A stretch of DNA of 64,000 bases, taken from Candidatus Enterousia sp. (lineage in GTDB: Bacteria > Pseudomonadota > Alphaproteobacteria > Rs-D84). Below, in pieces: positions 10,025 to 18,458 of this stretch; within the stretch, counting starts at the first letter, position 1; each line of letters opens with the position of its first letter. Below the pieces are notes generated by a model that was not told where the DNA came from, ran no database searches, and worked only from the letters and a program-made list of their open reading frames with translations. The position numbers were made by a program, and so were the translations under genes. The stretch is taken from NCBI GenBank assembly GCA_045613785.1, contig JAZLBQ010000026.1, positions 64,001 through 128,000 on the forward strand, written 5' to 3'.

Positions 10025-10972
10025 ATGCACGAACAAATAAAGAACATAAATACACTAGAAGAATTGCAATCGCTGTATTCTGCAACATTTGGAAAAAATG
10101 GCACGATGACAATGCGATTAAAAGAAATGAAGAATTTGGACAATGAAGCCCGTGCGGCACTAAACAGTGAAAACACAGCGTTGCGTGAATTGTTCAAAAC
10201 ACGTCAAAGTGAAATTGAAAATGCGGTCTTGATGGCAGGTCTGCAAAAGCAACGCCTGGATATGTCGTTAAATCCATTACCTGAGAACACGGGGACAATC
10301 CATCCGCTGACACAAAGTCTGTCTGAAATTGCAGAAATATTAGAATCATTTGGTTATAAAATGTTCACTGGCCCAGAAATCGAAGACGACTGGCATAATT
10401 TTACAGCATTAAACACACCATTGCATCACCCTGCCCGTGATATGCAAGACAGTTTCTTCTTGGAAAACGGGAATGTTTTACGCACTCAGACATCTGCGAT
10501 ACAAATACGTGCAATGGAATCAGACGGTGTTCCAATCAAGATGTTTGGTGTTGGTTCGACATACCGCAAAGAATGGGACGCAACCCATGGTCCAATGTTT
10601 GGTCAAATCGAAGGTTTATATGTTGATAAGAATATAACTATGTCAGATTTGTTGGCAGATGTTCGTGCATTTTTATCACGCTTTTTTGGAATTGAAAATG
10701 TTGAGTTGCGTATTCGACCATCATTTTTTCCTTTCACAGATCCGTCTATTGAAATTGATATGAAATGGCGTGGTGATAAGTGGCTGGAATTGATGGGTGC
10801 AGGTATGGTTCACCCGAACGTTTTGCGTAATTGTGGCATTGACCCTGATGAATACCAAGGTTTTGCATTTGGTTTTGGTTGGGATCGTCTTGCGATGTTG
10901 AAATACAATTTACCAGACTTGCGTGATTTGTATAACAATGACGTTCGTTGGTTAAAATCGGCTGGCTTTTAA
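10025..10972 (+). CDS. pheS: Phenylalanine-tRNA ligase alpha subunit
   Basis: HPARDMQDSF, LRTQTS, RPSFFPFTDPS, GAGMVHPNVL, GFAFGFG. Confidence 0.97.
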   Translation: MHEQIKNINTLEELQSLYSATFGKNGTMTMRLKEMKNLDNEARAALNSENTALRELFKTRQSEIENAVLMAGLQKQRLDMSLNPLPENTGTIHPLTQSLSEIAEILESFGYKMFTGPEIEDDWHNFTALNTPLHHPARDMQDSFFLENGNVLRTQTSAIQIRAMESDGVPIKMFGVGSTYRKEWDATHGPMFGQIEGLYVDKNITMSDLLADVRAFLSRFFGIENVELRIRPSFFPFTDPSIEIDMKWRGDKWLELMGAGMVHPNVLRNCGIDPDEYQGFAFGFGWDRLAMLKYNLPDLRDLYNNDVRWLKSAGF

Positions 10973-10987
10973 TACGGGGGTATAATT

Positions 10988-13294
10988 ATGAAATGGACTT
11001 ATGATTGGCTGACAGAATATTTAGAAACGACGGCATCTGCAAAAGATGTTGCTGACACGCTTACCCGTATTGGTCTGGAAATAGAAGACGTTCAATCTCC
11101 TATTTCACCGATTGCCGCCCGCATTGTTGAATGCAAGGCTCACGAAAACAGCGACCACTTGCATGTTTTAATGGTTGATGATGGAACTGATACATTTCGT
11201 CAGGTTGTATGTGGTGCACCGAACGCTCGTGTTGGTTTGATATCTGCCTTGGCAGTGCCAGGTTGTGTGATTGGTGGCCACGAAATAACATCTGGCAAAT
11301 TGCGTGGTGTTCTATCGAATGGTATGATGTGTTCTGCACTGGAATTAGGAATTGGCGACGACCACAGTGGAATAATTGAATTACCAACTGACACAAAAAT
11401 TGGTTCTGCTGTTCTGGAAACAAAAACAGTATTTGACGCAGGCATTACACCGAACAGACCTGATTATTTATCTGTTCGTGGCATTGCACGTGATTTATCT
11501 GCGGCAGGTCTTGGGAAGTATATTGCACCATCTGACAGTGCGTTTGAAATTGTTTCTGGCGATCGTCAGGTTATTTTACAGACAGATAAATGTCGTGCGT
11601 ATAAAATGATAGAAATTCACGATATAACTGTGAATCAAAGCGACAAGAAAATTTCATCACGTTTGGCAGCGATTGGAATCAATCCAAAGAACGCCCCTGT
11701 TGATGCGACCAATTATATCTGTTATGACATGGCACAACCGATGCATTGCTTTGACGCAGATGAAATCCATGGTGATATAGTTGTCCGCCAGGCGACCAGT
11801 GGTGAAAAATTCACAGACTTGTTTGGCAACGAACACCAATTACAAGAAACAGATATGGTAATTGCCGACAGCGAAGGTATTTTGGCACTGGCTGGTGTGA
11901 TTGGTGGTGCACGTGGTGCAACAACGGAAAGCACAAAAAACATAATCCTAGAATCAGCATATTTTGATTCTGTATCTGTCCGCAAGACTGCAAAACGTTT
12001 GGGGATTTCTACGGATGCGTCATACCGCTATGAACGTGGCATAGACCCGACAATAACAGGTTCTGCTGCAATGTGTGCTGCAAAAATTATTATGTCATCT
12101 TGTGGTGGTAAAATTGTTGGCACATTTGCTGCTGGTGATGATTCTGCACCAAATAAGCAAATAAAATACAATCCAAATTACTTTACTAAAAAGACGGGTT
12201 TTGACATTGCCCAAGATATCCAGCGTGATATTCTGGTTGCATTAGGTTATGGTGTTGATTATTCAAATTCATCACAATGGATTTTGACTGTTCCACCATT
12301 TCGTGTTGATGTAGAAATACCTGAAACAGTTGTTGCAGATTTATTGCGTATTCACGGCTATGACAAGATTGCTCAGTCAACCAATCACACGCATGGCGAA
12401 ATCTGTCATCACGACAACCATGAAATGAATATCAAAAGATTATTGTCATCACGTGGTTTAAATGAGTGTCGTTCATTTGGATTTGGTAATCTGTCAACAG
12501 AACAATTGTTGTCTGACAAGCCAAACATTAAAATATCAAATCCGATTACATCAGACTATGACACGATGCGAAATGGTTTGATGTTTGGTTTATTACAGGC
12601 GGTATCAAATAATGAAAAGCGTGGATTTGCTGATTTGAATTTATTTGAATTGGGGACAGTATTTGATGGTGATGCACCGACCCAGCAACACACATCTGTC
12701 TGCATTGTTCGCACAGGTTCCATTTCGCCAAAGCATTGGACAGGCCGTAATCGTGATGTAGATGTATATGATGTAAAATCAGATCTTATTGCATTATTAC
12801 AAGGTCAGCGTTTTACAATCTCGACAGAGGACGCACCACGTTGGGCACATCCATACCGCTATGCAGCGATTATGCAAGGTAAAAAGAAACTGGCTGAATT
12901 TGGCGAATTGCATCCATCTGTTGCAAAACAGTTGCGTATAAAAACACGAGTTGTTATAGCAAACGTTGATGATATAAAGAATATCCCTGCAAAGCGTGGT
13001 GGCAAACAACCATCTTTGTCAGATTTTCAGCCAATCACCCGTGATTTTGCATTTATAGTTGATGTGGACACGCCTGCTGAAAAGCTGACCAGTGTTGCTA
13101 GATCTGTAGATTCACGAATAACAGACATTGTTGTTTTTGATGCATTTGACATGAAAGACGGCAATAAATCGATAGCATTCACGATAACGTATCAACCAAC
13201 AGAGAACGTATCGGAAACAGATTTGCAAAAATTGCAAACATCGATAATAGAAACTGTTGAAAAAAAGTGTAATGCCCGAATACGTGACAAATAA
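10988..13294 (+). CDS. pheT: Phenylalanine-tRNA ligase beta subunit
   Basis: VVCGAPN, GMMCS, TPNRPD, RYERGID, RDFAF anticodon-binding domain. Confidence 0.97.
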   Translation: MKWTYDWLTEYLETTASAKDVADTLTRIGLEIEDVQSPISPIAARIVECKAHENSDHLHVLMVDDGTDTFRQVVCGAPNARVGLISALAVPGCVIGGHEITSGKLRGVLSNGMMCSALELGIGDDHSGIIELPTDTKIGSAVLETKTVFDAGITPNRPDYLSVRGIARDLSAAGLGKYIAPSDSAFEIVSGDRQVILQTDKCRAYKMIEIHDITVNQSDKKISSRLAAIGINPKNAPVDATNYICYDMAQPMHCFDADEIHGDIVVRQATSGEKFTDLFGNEHQLQETDMVIADSEGILALAGVIGGARGATTESTKNIILESAYFDSVSVRKTAKRLGISTDASYRYERGIDPTITGSAAMCAAKIIMSSCGGKIVGTFAAGDDSAPNKQIKYNPNYFTKKTGFDIAQDIQRDILVALGYGVDYSNSSQWILTVPPFRVDVEIPETVVADLLRIHGYDKIAQSTNHTHGEICHHDNHEMNIKRLLSSRGLNECRSFGFGNLSTEQLLSDKPNIKISNPITSDYDTMRNGLMFGLLQAVSNNEKRGFADLNLFELGTVFDGDAPTQQHTSVCIVRTGSISPKHWTGRNRDVDVYDVKSDLIALLQGQRFTISTEDAPRWAHPYRYAAIMQGKKKLAEFGELHPSVAKQLRIKTRVVIANVDDIKNIPAKRGGKQPSLSDFQPITRDFAFIVDVDTPAEKLTSVARSVDSRITDIVVFDAFDMKDGNKSIAFTITYQPTENVSETDLQKLQTSIIETVEKKCNARIRDK

Positions 13295-13317
13295 AAAATC
13301 CCCGAAAGGGGATTTTT
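13295..13317. terminator. Bidirectional terminator between pheT and tRNA-Thr
   Basis: AAAATCCCC-GAAA-GGGGATTTTT. Confidence 0.75.
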
Positions 13318-13324
13318 ATATTTC

Positions 13325-13400
13325 TGGTGCCGGTGATAGGACTTGAACCTACGACCCCCTCATTACGAATGAGATGCTCTACCAACTGAGCTACACCGGC
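13325..13400 (-). tRNA. tRNA-Thr(CGT)
   Basis: GCCGGTGTAGCTCAGTTGGTAGAGC...TTCGTAA loop...GGTTCAAGTCC...ACCA. Confidence 0.95.
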
Positions 13401-13474
13401 GAACGAAGAAAACTATAATGTATTCGAAAAATAAATTCCAGTGTTTTTTATCCTGGAAAAAAACATATAAAAAA

Positions 13475-13490
13475 ACCGGTGTTTACCGGT
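13475..13490. repeat. RCCGGY-N4-RCCGGY motif/hairpin at the mnmG 3' end
   Basis: ACCGGT GTTT ACCGGT. Confidence 0.75.
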
Positions 13491-13496
13491 AATTTT

Positions 13497-15164
13497 TTAT
13501 GCTTTTAATTTTCGCATTACAACCATAATACCTGCTGGTGTCATACCTGGTATTCTTGACAGGTCTGCGACATTTTCTGGTCTTGTTGCATTTAACTTTT
13601 CGACCAGTTCATTTGTCAGTCCTGGCAAACCGTCATAGACAAAATTCAACGGGATTTTCATTTCTGCATCACGTTTATACGCAGCGATTTCACGTTCATT
13701 TCGTGCAATATATCCTGCATACATTTTGTCATTTTCTGCAACTATTTTTCCGACTTGATTCATTCTGGAATCGAATTCCGCACATGTCATCAATCCGAAT
13801 TCGCACGCCATATTTCCCAGACGTTTTATCGCATTATCAGCCCGCAAGTGCAATCTGTATTCTGCACGAGATGTAAACATACGATATGGTTCATCAACCC
13901 CCAGTGTTGTAATATCGTCAATCATAACACCAATCATTGCATTAGTTCTGTCCAGTTCCAGATATTTCTTACCCAATGCAAAAGCGGCAGCATTTACCCC
14001 TGCAACCAAGCCCTGTGCAGCGGCTTCTTCATACCCAGAAGTTCCATTGATTTGTCCTGCAAAGAACAATCCATTATAGTCTTTGGATTGCAGTTTTGCA
14101 TTCAAAGCCCGTGCATCAATAGCGTCATATTCGATTGCATATCCATACCGAATAATTTCAGCATTTTCCAGACCTGGAATTGTCCGAATCCATTTGTCTT
14201 GAACGTCTTTACCGAAACTGGTTGAAATCCCATTAGGATAAATCAGTTCACTGTTATAACCTTCTGGCTCTAAAAATACGTGATGCGTTTTATGTTCTGG
14301 GAAACGCATAACTTTATCTTCCAGACTTGGGCAATACCGTGGGCCTGTTCCAGTAATATCGCCGTTATACATTGGTGCGTCAGAAATATTTTTACGAATA
14401 ATATCGTGTGTTTCTTCATTAGTATGCGTAATAAAGCAAACGTTTTCTTTATTTGTATTTCTATAAGCCTGATTTTCTACATCCAACGAAAACCAGTCGT
14501 GTGGATTATCCCCAGGTTGCACTTCGCAAACATCCAGGTTTATCGAAGACCGTAAAATTCGTGCAGGCGTTCCTGTTTTCAAACGCAGAATTTTAAAACC
14601 TAAGCTTTGCAAGAACTGTGATGTTTTTGAATCATTTTCTTGGTAAGTTCCATCATCTTGCAATCGGCCTGATGGAATTTTTTCACTGCCACGTGTAACC
14701 ACGCCGCCCAAGAAGGTTCCTGTTGTAAACACGATTGCATTTGCAAAGTATTTATCGTTTATTGATTTTTCGATTGCGTTGATACTTTCAACTTTTTCAA
14801 AGATAACCCGAACACCAGTTTCGTTTAGAATATCAACAATTGCATTGTGATACATATCCCTGTCAATTTGTGCACGCAGTGCCTGGGTTGCAGGTCCATG
14901 TGTTGCATTTAATGTTCGCCAGTGGATACCTGCCCTATCTGCGGCTCGAGGCATTACGCCACCAAATACGTCCATTTCTGCAATCATTTGTGATTTGCCG
15001 GGGCCACCAATACTAGGGTTGCATGACATAGCCCCTAAATCTGAATCTGCCAGCGTAATCAGTGCAACATTTGCACCATAATGCTTGGCAGCGACAGCTG
15101 CTTCGACTCCGGCATGTCCACCACCAATAACGATAACATCAAAGTGTTCTGATTTTTGCACCAT
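13497..15164 (-). CDS. mnmG: tRNA uridine-34 carboxymethylaminomethyl modification enzyme MnmG (GidA)
   Basis: GGGHAG, MSCNPSIGG, GPRYCPS, AGQINGTSGYEEAAAQG, EPYRMFTSRAEYRL. Confidence 0.97.
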   Translation of the reverse strand: MVQKSEHFDVIVIGGGHAGVEAAVAAKHYGANVALITLADSDLGAMSCNPSIGGPGKSQMIAEMDVFGGVMPRAADRAGIHWRTLNATHGPATQALRAQIDRDMYHNAIVDILNETGVRVIFEKVESINAIEKSINDKYFANAIVFTTGTFLGGVVTRGSEKIPSGRLQDDGTYQENDSKTSQFLQSLGFKILRLKTGTPARILRSSINLDVCEVQPGDNPHDWFSLDVENQAYRNTNKENVCFITHTNEETHDIIRKNISDAPMYNGDITGTGPRYCPSLEDKVMRFPEHKTHHVFLEPEGYNSELIYPNGISTSFGKDVQDKWIRTIPGLENAEIIRYGYAIEYDAIDARALNAKLQSKDYNGLFFAGQINGTSGYEEAAAQGLVAGVNAAAFALGKKYLELDRTNAMIGVMIDDITTLGVDEPYRMFTSRAEYRLHLRADNAIKRLGNMACEFGLMTCAEFDSRMNQVGKIVAENDKMYAGYIARNEREIAAYKRDAEMKIPLNFVYDGLPGLTNELVEKLNATRPENVADLSRIPGMTPAGIMVVMRKLKA

Positions 15165-15892
15165 TAAAAACGTCCCATACCACCATTTACGTGTAAAGTC
15201 TGACCATTGATATATGCGGCCTCATCAGAAGCCAAGAAGACACAAGCATTTGCGATATCTTCTGGTTCGCCAAATCGTCCTGCTGGGATTTGTGCCAGAT
15301 AATTTTTCTTTAATTCTTCCGGCAAAACATCAGTCATAGGTGTTTTGATAAAACCTGGTGCGATTGCATTTGCTGTGATACCACGAGATGCAACCTCGGC
15401 TGCGATTGATTTTGTCATTGCGATCATACCGCCTTTTGATGCGGCATAGTTTGCCTGACCTGGTCCACCGATTGTTCCGATTATCGAAGCCATATTGATA
15501 ATGCGTCCAAATCTGTTTTTCATCATCGGCATGATTGCGGCCCGACACATTTTGAAACAAGACCGCAAATTAGTATTGATAACATCATCGAATTGTTCAT
15601 CAGTCATACGCATCAACAAAGTATCTTTTGTAATACCGGCGTTATTTACCAGGATATCGATTTTACCGGCTTTTTCGATTGTATTCATAATCAATTCAAC
15701 GGCACCGCCTTCTTGGGCTAAATCCGCAGGGATTTTGATAAAATCATCACCGAACTCGGCGTTCATTTTAGCGATATTTCGACCTGAAACAACAACAGTT
15801 GCCCCTGCTTCCTTCATTTTTTTTGCGATTGCGACCCCGATACCACCTGTTGCCCCTGTAATAAGAGCGACTTTTCCTGTTAAATCAAACAT
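15164..15892 (-). CDS. fabG: 3-oxoacyl-ACP reductase
   Basis: TGATGGIG, NNAGITKD, YAASK; follows fabD. Confidence 0.95.
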   Translation of the reverse strand: MFDLTGKVALITGATGGIGVAIAKKMKEAGATVVVSGRNIAKMNAEFGDDFIKIPADLAQEGGAVELIMNTIEKAGKIDILVNNAGITKDTLLMRMTDEQFDDVINTNLRSCFKMCRAAIMPMMKNRFGRIINMASIIGTIGGPGQANYAASKGGMIAMTKSIAAEVASRGITANAIAPGFIKTPMTDVLPEELKKNYLAQIPAGRFGEPEDIANACVFLASDEAAYINGQTLHVNGGMGRF

Positions 15893-15894
15893 GA

Positions 15895-16770
15895 TTATAT
15901 CTCCAACTTTTTTGCGGTTATTTTATCAGTAATTCTTGAACACAGACCTGTCAAGACATTACCAGGTCCAACTTCTATTTGTTCTGTGATACCTAAGTCT
16001 GCCATATTCAGCACAGATTCACGCCAGCGAACACCATTAGTAATTTGATAAACTAAAGCATCTTTGATTTCATTTATATCTGTCATTGGTTGGCAAGTTT
16101 TATTAGAAATCATCGGCACTGACAGCGAATTAAATTGAACAGATTCCAAAGCGGCTTTCATTTGTTCGGCTGCTGATTTCTGTGCACGGCAATGCACAGG
16201 CACAGACAACGCCAACGGCATTGCACGTTTTGCCCCTGCGTCTTTTGCGGCGGCAATAGTTTCTTCTACTACATCTTTAAGTCCTGAAATAACAACCTGA
16301 CCTGGACAGTTATCATTTGCCACATCGCAATTAGTTTTTGCACAAATTTCACGCACAGTATCAATATCCAGTCCCAGAATCACAGCGGTTAAACCATCAC
16401 CAACCGGGACAGCATTTTGCATTGCATTACCACGAACACGCAACAGTTTTGCAGCGTCTCCCACAGACAATGCACCTGCTGCACACAGGGCAGTATATTC
16501 GCCCAAACTATGTCCTGCAACATATTCAGGCAATGCCACCCCACTTGCACGTAGCATTGCGATACTAGTTGCCATAATTGCTGGCTGAACATTTGCGGTC
16601 AGTGTCAGTTCATCAGCAGGCCCATTAAAAATAATATCCGACAGTTTTTGATTTAACGCATCGTCAACCTCGTCAAAGACGGCACGTGCCGCTGCATTAT
16701 TTTCGTATAAATCTTTGCCCATACCAACGCTTTGTGCACCTTGACCTGGGAAAACAAAAACAGAAGCCAT
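15895..16770 (-). CDS. fabD: Malonyl-CoA:ACP transacylase
   Basis: FPGQGAQ, GHSLGEY, EVGPG. Confidence 0.96.
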   Translation of the reverse strand: MASVFVFPGQGAQSVGMGKDLYENNAAARAVFDEVDDALNQKLSDIIFNGPADELTLTANVQPAIMATSIAMLRASGVALPEYVAGHSLGEYTALCAAGALSVGDAAKLLRVRGNAMQNAVPVGDGLTAVILGLDIDTVREICAKTNCDVANDNCPGQVVISGLKDVVEETIAAAKDAGAKRAMPLALSVPVHCRAQKSAAEQMKAALESVQFNSLSVPMISNKTCQPMTDINEIKDALVYQITNGVRWRESVLNMADLGITEQIEVGPGNVLTGLCSRITDKITAKKLEI

Positions 16771-16799
16771 ATAAAATCCTTTTGTTCAAGACCCTTAAA

Positions 16800-17345
16800 T
16801 TATAGTTTTCTAATTGAAAACTCGCAACCACAATAATTTTGCCGATAAAAATCAGATTCACGATTTATCTGGACACGCAGATTTTCGTCCCATTTAATTT
16901 TTAGATATTGAATATTATTGCAATTTTTTTCGGCAGCCACATCTACTTGGGTCTGACTTTTATGTCGTGAAACGCCCAGCACGCTTGCGATTGCGTTATA
17001 GCCATTTTGTTGTGCGAATTGAACGGCTCTGTGGAAACGATATTCAAAGCACACAGAACATCTTGCACCACGTTCAGGTTCATTTTCCAGACCCATAACA
17101 GCCTTTCGCCAAGCATCATGGTCGTATTCAAGAACTGCATATTTCGCACCAACACTTTCACAGTATTTAATCTGCTCGTTCATACGTTTAGTGTATTCAG
17201 ATTCTGGAAAGATATTAGGGTTAAAGAATAAGACAATAAAATCATCAATATTATCAACAGCGTTTTGGGTCAGTTGCCTAATTGCCCCCGCTGAACACGG
17301 TGCACAACAAGACAACAAAACCAAACGCAATTTATTATCGGACAT
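16800..17345 (-). CDS. queH: Epoxyqueuosine reductase QueH
   Basis: CCAPCS, FFNPNI, EPERGARCSVC, YRQNYCGC. Confidence 0.9.
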   Translation of the reverse strand: MSDNKLRLVLLSCCAPCSAGAIRQLTQNAVDNIDDFIVLFFNPNIFPESEYTKRMNEQIKYCESVGAKYAVLEYDHDAWRKAVMGLENEPERGARCSVCFEYRFHRAVQFAQQNGYNAIASVLGVSRHKSQTQVDVAAEKNCNNIQYLKIKWDENLRVQINRESDFYRQNYCGCEFSIRKL

Positions 17346-17889
17346 TTTGCAAAAATTTTGCCAATATTTCAGGCATTTTACCAGTTGTTGCTGGGTAAAC
17401 CTGATTCATATTATTGTTTACAACGATATCGTTATTATCTAATTCGTGCCAAAAAACAGTTATAGAAACTGGGATTGGGCGTGGTGCTGCCAAAGAGCCT
17501 GGCATTCTCAGACCGATGCTATGCTGTGTATGAGAACCAGTCTTGATTGCAGGAGCGTTCATATTTCTATCATTTATCGCTGGTGAAAATTTTGCACCTG
17601 GATTTGCACGTTTAATATTTTTTGCATTTGTGATTTCATCTGCGACCCACAAAGGCAAAGTTTCTGTTTCAATAACATGTGTTGTGAAATTAGTTTTCAA
17701 ATCATAGTTTTCAACAGTTCTGATAATTTCAATTTTATAAATATCTGGACGACTTGCATTTGCAGACAAAATCTTTTTCATATCATGAATACTTTTGAAA
17801 TCACCATTTGCCATAAATTTTTTACCGTGCAAACGCAGTGTCCAAACTTCACGTGTTCCAATATTTTTTTTATCAAATTTATTTTCCAT
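17335..17889 (-). CDS. Hypothetical protein, paralog of the adjacent ORF 17931-18446
   Basis: 184 aa, overlaps queH; shares YKIE, W(V/I)AD, Q(V/I)YP..TGK.P motifs with its neighbour. Confidence 0.8.
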   Translation of the reverse strand: MENKFDKKNIGTREVWTLRLHGKKFMANGDFKSIHDMKKILSANASRPDIYKIEIIRTVENYDLKTNFTTHVIETETLPLWVADEITNAKNIKRANPGAKFSPAINDRNMNAPAIKTGSHTQHSIGLRMPGSLAAPRPIPVSITVFWHELDNNDIVVNNNMNQVYPATTGKMPEILAKFLQNVR

Positions 17890-17930
17890 CTACTTTTCCT
17901 TTTACTTTTTACCATACATTCCGCTAGGTA

Positions 17931-18446
17931 TTATCGTGTTTTACGTATTATTCTGGATAACACCATTGGGATTTTACCCGTATTTTCCGGATAAATCTGC
18001 TTTAAATTTCTGTCTAAAACAACGTCATTATCAGACAGAGTATGAAGATAATCATCACCAGGAATCAAAAGATTTGTTGGTGCTTGATTACTCATTATAA
18101 CATTTTTACTTTGAATATATCGCTTGCCTTTCGTAATTGCAATTTTTTTGCCACTGGCAGTTTCTGTATATTCGATTTTATCTGCAATCCAGTATTGTTG
18201 AGTTAGCTGTTTTTTGATTGTTTCAAAAACATTTTTTTTGATTATCTGCTTTTCTGTGGTTTTTACCAGTTCTATTTTATATGCATCTGAAAAGCGTTCT
18301 AAATAATCCGAAACATCATGCACGTTTTTAACAATGCCTGCCACGATATGCTCTGCTGTATAAACGTTTATCCTGCAACCTTCTTTTGCATCATCTGTAA
18401 AATCACGAAACAAAGCATACTCACTTAAATCAATTTGACCAGCCAT
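17931..18446 (-). CDS. Hypothetical protein, paralog of ORF 17335-17889
   Basis: ATG at 18446 with AAGG upstream; homologous motifs to its neighbour. Confidence 0.8.
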   Translation of the reverse strand: MAGQIDLSEYALFRDFTDDAKEGCRINVYTAEHIVAGIVKNVHDVSDYLERFSDAYKIELVKTTEKQIIKKNVFETIKKQLTQQYWIADKIEYTETASGKKIAITKGKRYIQSKNVIMSNQAPTNLLIPGDDYLHTLSDNDVVLDRNLKQIYPENTGKIPMVLSRIIRKTR

Positions 18447-18458
18447 AAACAATTACCT

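Noticed and set aside
9382-10197. 271-aa minus-strand ORF
   Set aside because: Antisense shadow of rpmI-rplT-pheS with no recognisable motifs.
13179-13385. 68-aa ORF MVEHLIRNEGVVGSSPITG
   Set aside because: Translation of the tRNA-Thr sequence.
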